30,521 bases of DNA, taken from assembly GCF_006345805.1 (NCBI RefSeq), contig NW_021832448.1, forward strand, positions 1 to 30,521, given 5' to 3'. Position numbers and translations under genes: made by a program. The stretch comes from Octopus sinensis. Its lineage: Eukaryota. Under the pieces are notes generated by a model. The model was given only the letters and a program-made list of their open reading frames with translations, had not been told where the DNA came from and did no database searches. Each line of letters starts with the position of its first letter. Position 1 is the stretch's first letter. Positions 21,103 to 30,521 of this stretch are shown here, piece after piece.

Positions 21103-22271
21103 ATGTCCGCAAATAAACCATTCAATGAAATCTTTTTAGAATACACAGAAATAATAAACAAATTTAAAAAGTAGATAAATAAAATAAATTCTAGATGATC
21201 AAAAAGAGCAAATAACAGCGATCTCATAAAACAAATGTCTGCCCTAATAAAGTCCTTCCACCACCAGGGAGAATTCGACGATAACTGTGCCGCATTTCTC
21301 CACTACCTAAGCCACGAGTAGTCCAATTTATCATAAAATTAGTTTTCAGGCAGCCTGTTCTAAGGAAGTATTGTCCGACCCGACAGATCTTATAGAAGCA
21401 GCCATGAAATACATTTCGCTTGACACGTACTGCAGAATGAATCGTTTCATAACATACGGAGAGGATCTGGAGAACGCAATACAGTGCTACAATCAGTGCA
21501 TTCAAGTTAATTTGTGTCATCATTCGGCAGATCTTCATTGCGGCCAAAAAAAGCCTAAAAGTATTTCAATTCAGTTTGGAAATCGGGCACTATTTGGTGG
21601 TACTAATATTACATTTTATTAGAAAATTTGCCACTTTCAGGATGCTCTGAATTATCTGTAAAAAGCATTGGAATACTCGGAGAGTGTATACTAGTATATA
21701 ACCCACTCAGGTGGTTGTCGAACAGATATTTGTAAAGCAGTTGATAATAGAGTGCCATGTGGATATCAGTTGTGTGCTGACTGACCCAATTAGACGAATT
21801 CGAGAGTGCATTCGACGTGGTTAATTCGGTTTTTGAGTTCGAGGGAGTGTCGAACAAAGCATTGCTGTACCCTCTCTTTGGAGTACTCGTCGAGTTGGAA
21901 ATATCGAGGGTGTTCCTCCTCTGCATTGTGAATGTATTGAGTTGGCTAATTGGCCAGAATTGCTCTATTTCTCTGTGGGAGAATGATTGTGAGATTTTTG
22001 GTAAATATTGTGGGAGGACAGTCAAGGAGGACCTTTCGAGAGGACCCGAAGGTTGTCGTTCTGAATATGTTTGACAGATAAACTCGTGTCGACTGAGGTG
22101 TACCAGTATTTGAAGACTCTTTTGGTAGACGAGATGGGAGATTGATAGGTGGCCGTGGCTGATTTGTCTGTCGATGATGTCAAACAGGTCGAGGAATTGT
22201 TTGGACGGGAAAAATATTTTGGTCTCCACTTCCGGGGGAATCGACGTAGGGGATTTGTCTTGGGGAAGTGA
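21103..22271 (+). pseudogene. F8A1: HAP40 / Factor VIII intron 22 protein (F8A)-like, with in-frame stops
   Basis: Spliced segments IFLEYTEIINKFKK*SKRANN, LIEAAMKYISLD, YGEDLENAIQCYNQCIQIFI, FSLEIGHYL, FGVLVELEISRVFLLCI and EVYQYLKTLLVAV are colinear with HAP40 ([64 protein letters not shown]). TGA at 21196-21198, TAA at 21659-21661; 3' end uncertain. Confidence 0.75.
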
Positions 22272-22529
22272 TCTGTCCGACTCCAATGATAGACTACACA
22301 CAACTAACATCTCCCGAGTATTCGCACATTCCTTCCCCTATAAATTTGACTTGGACTTGTCTCCCACATGGCTCGGTATCTATTCAAAGTCCTCACTCAG
22401 AACCAACCTCCTTTCAACTCAAAATGAGTAAGTCGGGTGGATCCTTTTTTCTTGGGGGACGCAAAATTGGCACATATGAATGGATGAGTAAACCACTCGG
22501 CTAGACAGATGAAGGGAAGGATCTACCGA

Positions 22530-25293
22530 ATCCAATCCGAGTATCCGGCGAAATATCCTTAGAAATATTTCGAAAACTCTTGCAGCTGAAGAAAAACCAC
22601 TTGCATGCCATGCATTATCCCTGGTTGGATATAAAAAGAAAAACTCTGGAGAGAGAGCGAGAATAATCTCTTTTATTAATGAAAAAATTGCGGTTATCCA
22701 AAAAAAGTTAGCTACACATGAAACGAGGAAAGGATTTCGACTAGATAATCAAAAATTTGAACTTAATCGGAAAGCTTTCTACAGAGGTCTTAAAGAAAAC
22801 AGTACTAAAAACGTCATCTCAGTGGATGATGAAGAATGTGGAATATACTGGGAGAACATGTGGCGAAAAAAACAGTTGATTGGTGAGACAATTGAGATCG
22901 AGAAGAGGATGACTGGAGTGGAAGGCGTATCAGCCGAGGTCCAAAAGTGTTTATTTGAAGAGACAGTTAAATATTTGCCAAATTGGAAAGCCCAGGCTGT
23001 GATGGAGTCTATAATTTCTTCTTGAAGAAGTTTACATCACTTCATGATTCAATCTTTCAGCAAATCCTTAATGTCATTAGTGGAAAAACCATTCCAGGAA
23101 ATTGGTTCTATACAGGGGTCACACACCTGATCCCAAAGTGCGAAGATCCAAGGTCTCCAAAGGAATTGCGGCCTATAACATGTATGCCGTCTCTCTATAT
23201 ACTGATGACTAAATGTGTAAATACCAAACTTTGTGAATATGTGGAAGCTTACGACCTCCTCTCAGAAAACCAATTGGGGACGAGGAGAATATGCCAAGGT
23301 GCGAAAGAGCAAGCAATAGTTAACAAAGAGATCAACAGATCAAACGATTACAAGCTACACTCTGCATGGATTGATGTTAAAAAAGCATTTGACTCAGTGG
23401 ATCATTCTTTTTTACTACAAATTTTGGAAAAGTCTGGGATACCTGGATGGATTGTAAAATTTGTCGAGTCGCTGATTACTAAATGGAGTGTCAAACTCAG
23501 ACTAAATAACAAATATATTCGAGATGTACGAATTGAACGGGGAATCCTCCAAGGAGACAGTTTGTCACCTATGCTGTTTGTCCTTGTGTTGGACCCACTG
23601 AGCCGCCTATTATCTTATAAGTTCCCGAAGGTCTCTATGGGGCGAGAAAATCAGATCACACCGTTTTCGACAAATCATCTTCTTTTCATTGATGATTTGA
23701 AACTTGTTTCGAAGAGTGAAAATGTTATTGTCAAAATGATGGAAGAGGTGAATCATTATTTCCATGCGGTTGGGTTGGAGAAAAATTTGGAAAAGTCGGC
23801 CACGAATACCTACTTGTTGTCAGAAGAGGCAAGAGTTCTTGATGGAATTGATGGATACAAATACCTTGGAGTGCTTGAAAGCTCAACTGGGAAAATCCAG
23901 AAACAGAAAATGCTGAAAATCATTTTGGAAGAAGTAATTATGCGGATAGAGAGGCTAGCAAATACTAAATTGAATGGAGTAAACTTATTCAAAGCAATTA
24001 ATGAACACGCTCTTTCATTGTACAATTATTACATCGGACTAGTTGATATTGAACCATTTGAATTCGAAATGGTAGACGATACAATCCGATCAAAATTAAC
24101 TGAATACAGAATACACCTCCGACCAGCAAACAAACAGAGATTATATCTTCCTCGTAAGAATTTTGGGAGAGGATTACGCTCAATTTCTTTTCTAAGTGAA
24201 AGTATGCTCCTTGGACTCCTTTTGGACTTAAAACGCAGAAGTGGTGCTTGCAAAAGAAGCTTCTCGATTCTTCATGCCGAAATGTTGAAAAAACTCATCT
24301 GGCCACTATTGAAGAATACTTGAAGCGCAAAAATTCTTTGGAAGATTCACTTTTACTGGAAAAAAAAATGTTGTCAGATGCGCAGAACAAACGCCTACTG
24401 GATCAGACCTTTTCAAAAAGTCTTCACTCAATTCTCTATAAAAATTCTAAGGAAGATTTCGTGAAGGTTGAAGATTCCAGTCACTGGCTAGCCAGAGGCA
24501 ATAATTCTCCACGGTCAGAAGGCTTGTTCTGTCTTCTACAGGATAGAAATTTATTCTTCGCAGACCACAATTTAATGTGTCCACACTGTATGAAATGGAA
24601 GAAGACTGTCGACCACTGTGCTACCAGATGTGAAAAGATGCTGCATGGGGACTATGTTAGAAGGCATAATGAAGTAGTTAGGTGTATTCATTTTCATTTA
24701 TGTCGAGAATTCGGACTCAAGAATGAGAAGAAGCTGAAAACTCACTCTGTACAAACTGTGTCTGTTAATGAGTTTGTCGAAATCAAAGTGGACACCTTCA
24801 TTAAAACAGACATAATACTAGAACATAACAAACCCGATTTGTTTATCTTTGACAAGAAGAACAACCGGATATTCCTGATTGAGGTTGGGATAACATCTGC
24901 CCCAAACTTACAACAAGTGGAGGTAGAAAAACTTAGAAAGTATGACCTTCTATCAAAGGAATTGGAGTTGATATATCATGCCAATGTGAAAATAGTACCG
25001 ATTGTATTAACTTGGGACGGACTTGTCACTTCAAATTCCAACAGTATGCACAATCGTTGAACATCAATGAGAGAACACATGCGTATATACAATCACTCAC
25101 TATCAAAAAAACCCTTGAGAGCATGATTGTTTCCTATAGGAACAGAATTGAGCCACGCCAAAGGACTCTCGAACTGGACAAAAGAATAAAAGTTATTTAT
25201 CGACAAATAGATATGACCATAACTTCGCCACTGCCTGTCAGCACTTCCCAAGGAAAGAGGCTGGCATCCTTACCTGAGGGAATATCAGAATAG
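22530..25293 (+). mobile_element. Near-complete R4/Dong-like non-LTR retrotransposon (RT, CCHC knuckle, REL endonuclease)
   Basis: FELNRKAFY, NWKA(P)GCDG, LRPITCMPSLY, WIDVKKAFDSVDH, GILQGDSLSPMLF, NHLLFIDDLKL, CPHC..TVDHCATRC, RRHNEVVRCIH, HNKPDLF, IEVGIT, EKLRKY; only three frame changes (about 22990, 24290, 25030). Confidence 0.92.
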
Positions 25294-25549
25294 AGGAAGT
25301 AATGAACAGATTGAGAAAATTATACTTTAATTAATACTTAATTGATTCATTTGGTGCTAAGAAAAAAAAAGAATTGTCATACTGAAGTCAGAGTGCAGAC
25401 AGTATGGACAGGGATTTAATATCCTTTAATGCAGGAATACGTTTATACGATAAACAAATAGACTTGGTATCAAAAACACAGAAAAATAGAAAGACTCACT
25501 GCTGAAATACAAAATAAAATTTCGAGGTCTTTCGATTTAACCTCTAGAG

Positions 25550-25565
25550 CAGGGATGTCAAACTC
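25550..25565 (+). mobile_element. Solo hAT terminus (CAGGGATGTCAAACTC)
   Basis: 15/16 match to the TIR at 28750-28765; preceded by an nnnTAnnn-type 8-mer CTCTAGAG; partner end not found. Confidence 0.55.
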
Positions 25566-25960
25566 AAAGTCCCTATAGAAAAACAAGAATCCCAAATTAT
25601 AATTAAAAACAACATCCAGGATATCGATCTAATGTTTAATTAAGGACCAGGTAATTGAATTTCTTCATAGCTTTATATCAACTACTTGGAAAATAAGCAT
25701 TAAAAGCAATTATATCTAGCCTCAAGCTTCTTACTCAAAGAATTACTCCCTCAGTCTCTCTTTTCTCCATCTTAGCAACCCATACTATGCGTAAACAATA
25801 ATTCCAAAAGCATTCTTTAAAATTATCAACAATCTTTTTAAGCAAAAAACTAGATCTTTAACTAATGAGACTAAAAGAAAACTAAAATCTTAAAGGACGG
25901 AATTTATAGATTTGATCCAATATAACATCAAAAGCTATATAAAATAAGAATGTTCTAGAG

Positions 25961-26767
25961 CAGCGGTTCTTAACCTTTTTCAAATTTTTGATAAATTGTA
26001 CCCCTTGGGGTTAAAAATGGATCCCGCGTACCCCCTATCGATTTTTAAATTTTTACATATCTTTTTTTGAGATAAATGATTTAATTATAAAATATAAATT
26101 ATTTTCTAACTAAACAAAATCAATAAAATATTTTATGCCGAAAAAGTGTAAAAGATTTAATTATAGTGAGATATTTGTTGTTGCTTTTCTGGAATTCACC
26201 ATTGCATGCCATCTCCACAAGTCGGTTGGAAGCAGAAGCGTATTCTTCACCAGATACCTTCATTCCGTGCTTGTGTTCGATCATCATACTCTTGAGCGTT
26301 CTTTTCAGTACAACGAATTGGATGTATGTCCTCGTTCCTGCTTGAATAGATAGTTTCTTCATATAATTTTTGAAGCATTTCGAGACAACTCCATCCCATG
26401 TCATAACCACAGGAATTATTTTTACTTGACAGCTATACAGAAGCGAAAGCTCACTTGGCAGTAGATCATACTTGTGACACTTTTCAACCTCCACTTGCTT
26501 GAGGCGATCCTGTGAAGTAATACCCACTTTAATTAGATTTATTTCGTTTCTGACTTTTTTGTGGACAAAAATATCTGGCTTGTTGTATTCTACTTTTGTT
26601 TCGGTGAGGATTGTTGTATCAACCCTGATTTCAACTTTTCCCGTCGACAGTGTTGACTGACCGCAGTTTCGCATAAGTATGTTGTTGGATAAGGAATTAA
26701 ATTTTGCATACTAGAAAATTGTTCCGCGTATCCCCTAGGCACATGTACCCCCGGTTAAGATACCCTG
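25961..26767. mobile_element. Buster-type hAT MITE carrying a retrotransposon fragment
   Basis: Imperfect TIRs CAGCGGTTCTTAACC / GGTTAAGATACCCTG; TSD TTCTAGAG / TTCTAGAA (7/8); subterminal GTACCCC repeats at both ends. Confidence 0.85.
26120..26674 (-). mobile_element. 5'-truncated R4/Dong-like REL fragment nested in the MITE
   Basis: VEIRVDTTILTETKVEYNKPDIFV..VGITSQDRLKQVEVEKCHKYDLL..IPVVMTWDG. Confidence 0.88.
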
Positions 26768-26875
26768 TTCTAGAAACTAAAAGGTATGCTTTCAAGAAAG
26801 TGGTTAAAACTACGTAAGCATAAACCAGCGAGAATATATTTAAATAAATGTCCCCTTTCTTGATGATTGTTAGAA

Positions 26876-27551
26876 TTATTTATTAATCTCAATCAAATAT
26901 AAAATGGATAAGAGAAAGTAAATTAGTCTACGACGATATTTATACATCCATTCGAATGCTTGTTTTATGTTCTGTCCATTTTTACAAGATATTGAAAGCA
27001 TTTTTATGTCCGAGGTACGATCAGGCCATCGTTGTAAAATTCTTAAAATATAAAAAAATAAGACTTTGCAACAAAATTAGGAAAAAAAAGTATGATCAAT
27101 GTCTCCAGATAAATCGGATTTATTAAATAAAAGGAGAAGAGGAATGTGCTCTTCAATTACACCTTGGTCAATAAGTCGAATCAATATATCTAAACTCTCT
27201 TCTATTTCCATAGCAAGTGGATCAAAAATAAAACTCGAAATAAACCAAAAAATAATACGCAATCACATCTGCCCGGGAACAAAATTCTGTAAGTAGATAC
27301 CAGTGCAGTTTATTATTGGAAGTATCATTTATATTAAGAGATGTATTGTTTTTAATAACATTGTACGCAGCATGGGAGGCAGTCGGGAGGGTATCAAGAA
27401 TATATTCATTAAACTAAAATAATAAATATATTATTACACATAAATAATGACAGAATGTTGTTTTACCAGAATTGCTTGGACCTACTACACAAATTTTCAA
27501 TTCGTAGAGAGGAAATTTATTGTCCCGCCATTGTTTTATTTTATCCTTCAT
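26876..27551 (-). CDS. Divergent Arf-like small GTPase, closest to ARL8, with one apparent +1 indel
   Basis: Introns 27414-27437, 27234-27258, 27042-27064 give ELKICVVGPSNSGKTTF (G1), DTLPT (G2), NDTSNN (degenerate G3), FCSRADVIAFIFD, IPLLLLFNKSDL (G4) and SISCKNGQNI..WM (G5), in register with ARL8. The T8 run (A8 at 27082-27089 on +) needs T7 to keep the frame. Confidence 0.8.
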
Positions 27552-27679
27552 AAAAATACCACTAGAAAAAATGTAATTTATTTAAAAATAATATTACGTT
27601 AATTTCTGAAAATAAAAATTACTACTAACAAAATTTTTGAGAGCTGTACTTCTAGCATCTCAGATGAAACATTTGCCAT

Positions 27680-27880
27680 TGTGCTTCCGGAGGTTTGCCC
27701 TCCCCCTTGTCCAGACCGACTAATTCGAATAGATTCGAGGAGACCGGCAGCATTGAGTGCTCGCGAGATGACATCGTTGAGTGCCCCATGACGAGCGGGC
27801 TACGCTCTAGCGACACGAAATGGAATGCGAACCCCCAAACTTGACGGAAGTTTTTGTGCGAATCGCACCTCGGACGTCAT
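27680..27880 (-). mobile_element. CRE-like retrotransposon REL fragment
   Basis: PARHGALNDVISRALNAAGL..GLDKGEGKPPE across frameshifts (RHxxLND..RAL and GKRPD motifs). Confidence 0.65.
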
Positions 27881-28237
27881 CTTCGGCTAGTTTGATACTA
27901 ACACCTTCATTCAGGGTGTTGTCCGGACAGTGTGGGATGTTCTTTTTGTTTTTTGGGGGCATTTGTAATTAACTTCCAGGAGGATTGTTATTGGGTGCAA
28001 AGAGATTATGTTGATGCTCTCTTTGATCAAGCTCAAGAAAGAAAGTAGGTTCTTCCCAGTGCGGATAGGAGTTCCGAGCGAAAGTGGGACAAACCTGATT
28101 AGACGAAACCGTGCTTCACAGCCTAAGTCCATCGTTGATGAAGGAAGGGAGACACGTGGAAATTTGTATCCTGGTGAACTTGGCAATCCGTAGGATAATT
28201 TTCAAACTCAAACAAACAATTTACAGTATTTGTAAGA

Positions 28238-28745
28238 TTAATGTTGATTAATTAAACGGCGGAAAGCCGACGCGATTGAGAAAGAGTTAGAGCGTACTAT
28301 CGCGAGGGATATCCGCTCGAAAAACCATCTTGATTCGCGGGCGTCGCCTGTAAGAGCGGACATGCGGGACCCGATCTCCTGTACGAAGCTGATTGCCATT
28401 TCGCCCAAGAAACCGGAAGTCTCAACCGCGAATGGAAAGAATTGGAACTTTGCCGTAAGTGAGGAGTACTTCCGCATCTTTTTGCATTCCGCGGTTGTGG
28501 CGATAGATCCAGGGGCGGATGCGGACATCAGCAGGTTCTGGGGCGAGAAAGAGTCCACACACATGGCATTCCAGGTAAGAGGCTTCCCCCTGTTGAAGGG
28601 AAACACAGTTATCCCGTCAGGCCTTTTCCCGTCCCCCGATCGATCCCAGTGGGTTCAAGCATGGAAAGGATTCCGGTGAGTTCCAGGGGTCTCTTGGTAA
28701 GGTCATTAAGAGCCGCGTGTTGCGGGATACGGCCAGCACTGCGTC
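28238..28745 (-). mobile_element. CRE-like retrotransposon 3' end (REL endonuclease)
   Basis: QHAALNDLTKRPL..LEPTGIDRG.GK(R)PDG, FPFNRGKPLTWNAMCVDS, AECKKMRKY, FPFAVETSG, FFERISLAIVRSNS. Confidence 0.85.
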
Positions 28746-28749
28746 ACAC

Positions 28750-30521
28750 CAGGGGTGTCAAACTCATTTCGCTTTGAGGGCCGCATTTTGTAACAATTTT
28801 GCTTCGAGGGCCTGCATTTATAATAATTTCTCATTAAGGGAAGATTAGTTCTGATATTTATTATGATGAATAACCAAAATAAGAGATACTAAATTATTCA
28901 ATTTTCGCCCTTTAATTTTGATGAGAGTTGCTTCCAGAGGATTGACAACTTTTTAAAATTTTTAAACTTTCCAGGAAGATATGAAAAGAAAGCAGGTATT
29001 CCAACCTCCAAATATTTAACTTTAAGTATAGAATCTGATTGAATTTCCAATAGTTTCATTTGTAAACTTTCATCTGCATTGGAAACATTAAAGAGAATGG
29101 TGATGCGAATAATGAAAATTGTTGTTCAAAAGACGAAAAATCATTAAATCTTTCTTGAAATCCTTTAACAACGATTCTAGTTGTCTTTCATACTGAGAAA
29201 AATTCATTACATTATGTGCATCAACATTACTCCTGAGCTCTTTGCACGTAGGAAAATGAAATAAATCTTCATTTAATAGCTGAAACTTCCATAATTTTAT
29301 TTTCGAAATAAAACACTTGATATGATCTGACGACTGAGTTATGAGCTTGTCTTTGCCCTGCAATTCTAAATTAAGGTCGTTCATATGTGTGGTAATATCC
29401 ACTGCAAATGCCAAATCTTTGATCCAAGATTGACTTTTCATTTCGTCTGTGTTTTGCCCTTTCATCTCCATAAATAAAATTATTTCCGATCTCAACAAAT
29501 AAAATCTTTTAACAACTTTGTGAAGTGATAACCAGCGGACTGGAGTACAAAAAGGAATGTCGCTGAACTGATTATTAATATCTGTCAGCAGTTTACTAAA
29601 CTGCTGGTGGTTGAGGGGATGACCTCTAATATAGTTTACTGTTTTCGTGACCAAACTAATGGTAATTTACATTTTTAATATCTTTGAGCACAAATATTGC
29701 TGATGAATAATACAATCAGTGCATAAACATACAAGCTTCTTCAAATCAAACCCATATTCAAAGAGAATTTGTAGAAGTTTTATAAAGATATCTTTACTTG
29801 TACTAGTATCGTGCATTGGTACCAGTTTGAGAAATTCTTCATAAATATTAAAATCTGAATCACAGGCTCTAAAAAAGATTGCTAAATGTGCAATTCCAAG
29901 GGACGTCACTGTTTCAATCGATTGCAATTGAAAAATATTCGAATTTTAACAAATCAGACTTTAATTGGTGTTTCAAATTCAATGCCATTTCATTAATCTG
30001 TTCGGAAATCACCATCACAATATGATTTTCCATTTACTGCAAGCATTCTGCTGATTTCATAGCTTGCAGTGACTAATGCAGTACTTCGATTATGATTTTT
30101 GTGAAATGAGTTTGTAACGCAGATAAATTTTTTCGCAATCATTAGCTTTGAAACACGCATTGGACTTTCTTGGTTAATAAGCAACTTAATACCTTCGAAA
30201 TAATTGTATGATAGATGATTAGATCAATAATGCCTCTTTAGTTGTATTCTTTCGGTATAGCGATAAACTTGTTACATATAAAACAATGTATTTTTCCATC
30301 AACCATTGTGCAAAAATAGAAAAGTTCCATTTATCTTGAAACACTCTCCGTCATCTTTCAAGGAGCATTTCTTTTTATCAGAAGAGGCACGTGACATTAA
30401 CAAACATGATTAAAAAATACAATTAAAAATTTTTATTAAATGTAAAAAAATAAAAAATAATTTTTTCCATTTTATAACCATTAAATCAGACCGCACTTAT
30501 GTTTGGTAAAGTACGCTGAGG
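28750..30521 (-). mobile_element. SPIN/GTF2IRD2-like hAT transposon, defective; far end lies outside the window
   Basis: TIR CAGGGGTGTCAAACTC at 28750; transposase pieces ASYEISRMLA..KSYCDGDF, AHLAIFFRA..EEFLKLVPM..LCTD|CIIHQQYLC, VNYIRGHPLNHQQF..VRWLS..DLAFAVDITTHMNDLNLELQGK; frameshifts and an internal deletion after TD. Confidence 0.9.

Noticed and set aside
21196-21661. Variant genetic code (TAA=Gln or TGA=Arg) as the reason for HAP40 stops
   Set aside because: LSM5 and NDUFB9 end on TAA and PPCDC ends on TGA at the expected protein ends, so these are normal stops here.
21609-22310. 233-aa minus-strand ORF, the longest non-transposon ORF in the track
   Set aside because: It is the antisense shadow of the spliced plus-strand HAP40-like gene, which has the conserved motifs and splice sites; the ORF has no recognisable motif.
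27911-28193. Overlapping 91-aa and 61-aa ORFs between the CRE fragments
   Set aside because: No motif recognised on either strand; likely decayed repeat sequence.

Overview
AT-rich eukaryotic (animal-type) genomic DNA, standard genetic code, no prokaryotic operons or CRISPR. Host genes are compact and split by spliceosomal micro-introns (those I could resolve are 18-33 nt, mostly 22-29 nt), so the ORF track misses or mis-frames most of them. Manual splicing recovers a Raf-family kinase, LSM5, NDUFB9, an ARM/coiled-coil CIP2A-like gene, a 5'-truncated TBC (RabGAP) segment followed by a JIP3/ARHGEF10-type beta-propeller, a divergent kinase-like gene, PPCDC, tRNA-Val(TAC), SAMD15-like, HAP40/F8A-like and a divergent ARL8-like GTPase. 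Roughly half the window is transposon-derived: three Buster-type hAT derivatives with TIRs and nnnTAnnn TSDs, a SPIN-like hAT, a CGGBP1-like hAT relic, a Tc1/IS630 relic, a near-complete R4/Dong-like retrotransposon plus two fragments, CRE-like fragments and an RTE-like relic. Intron sizes fit a miniaturised parasite genome (dicyemid-like is my best inference). Many single-base lesions in otherwise conserved genes suggest low consensus accuracy or a decaying duplicate. All family assignments come from motif recall, not database searches.
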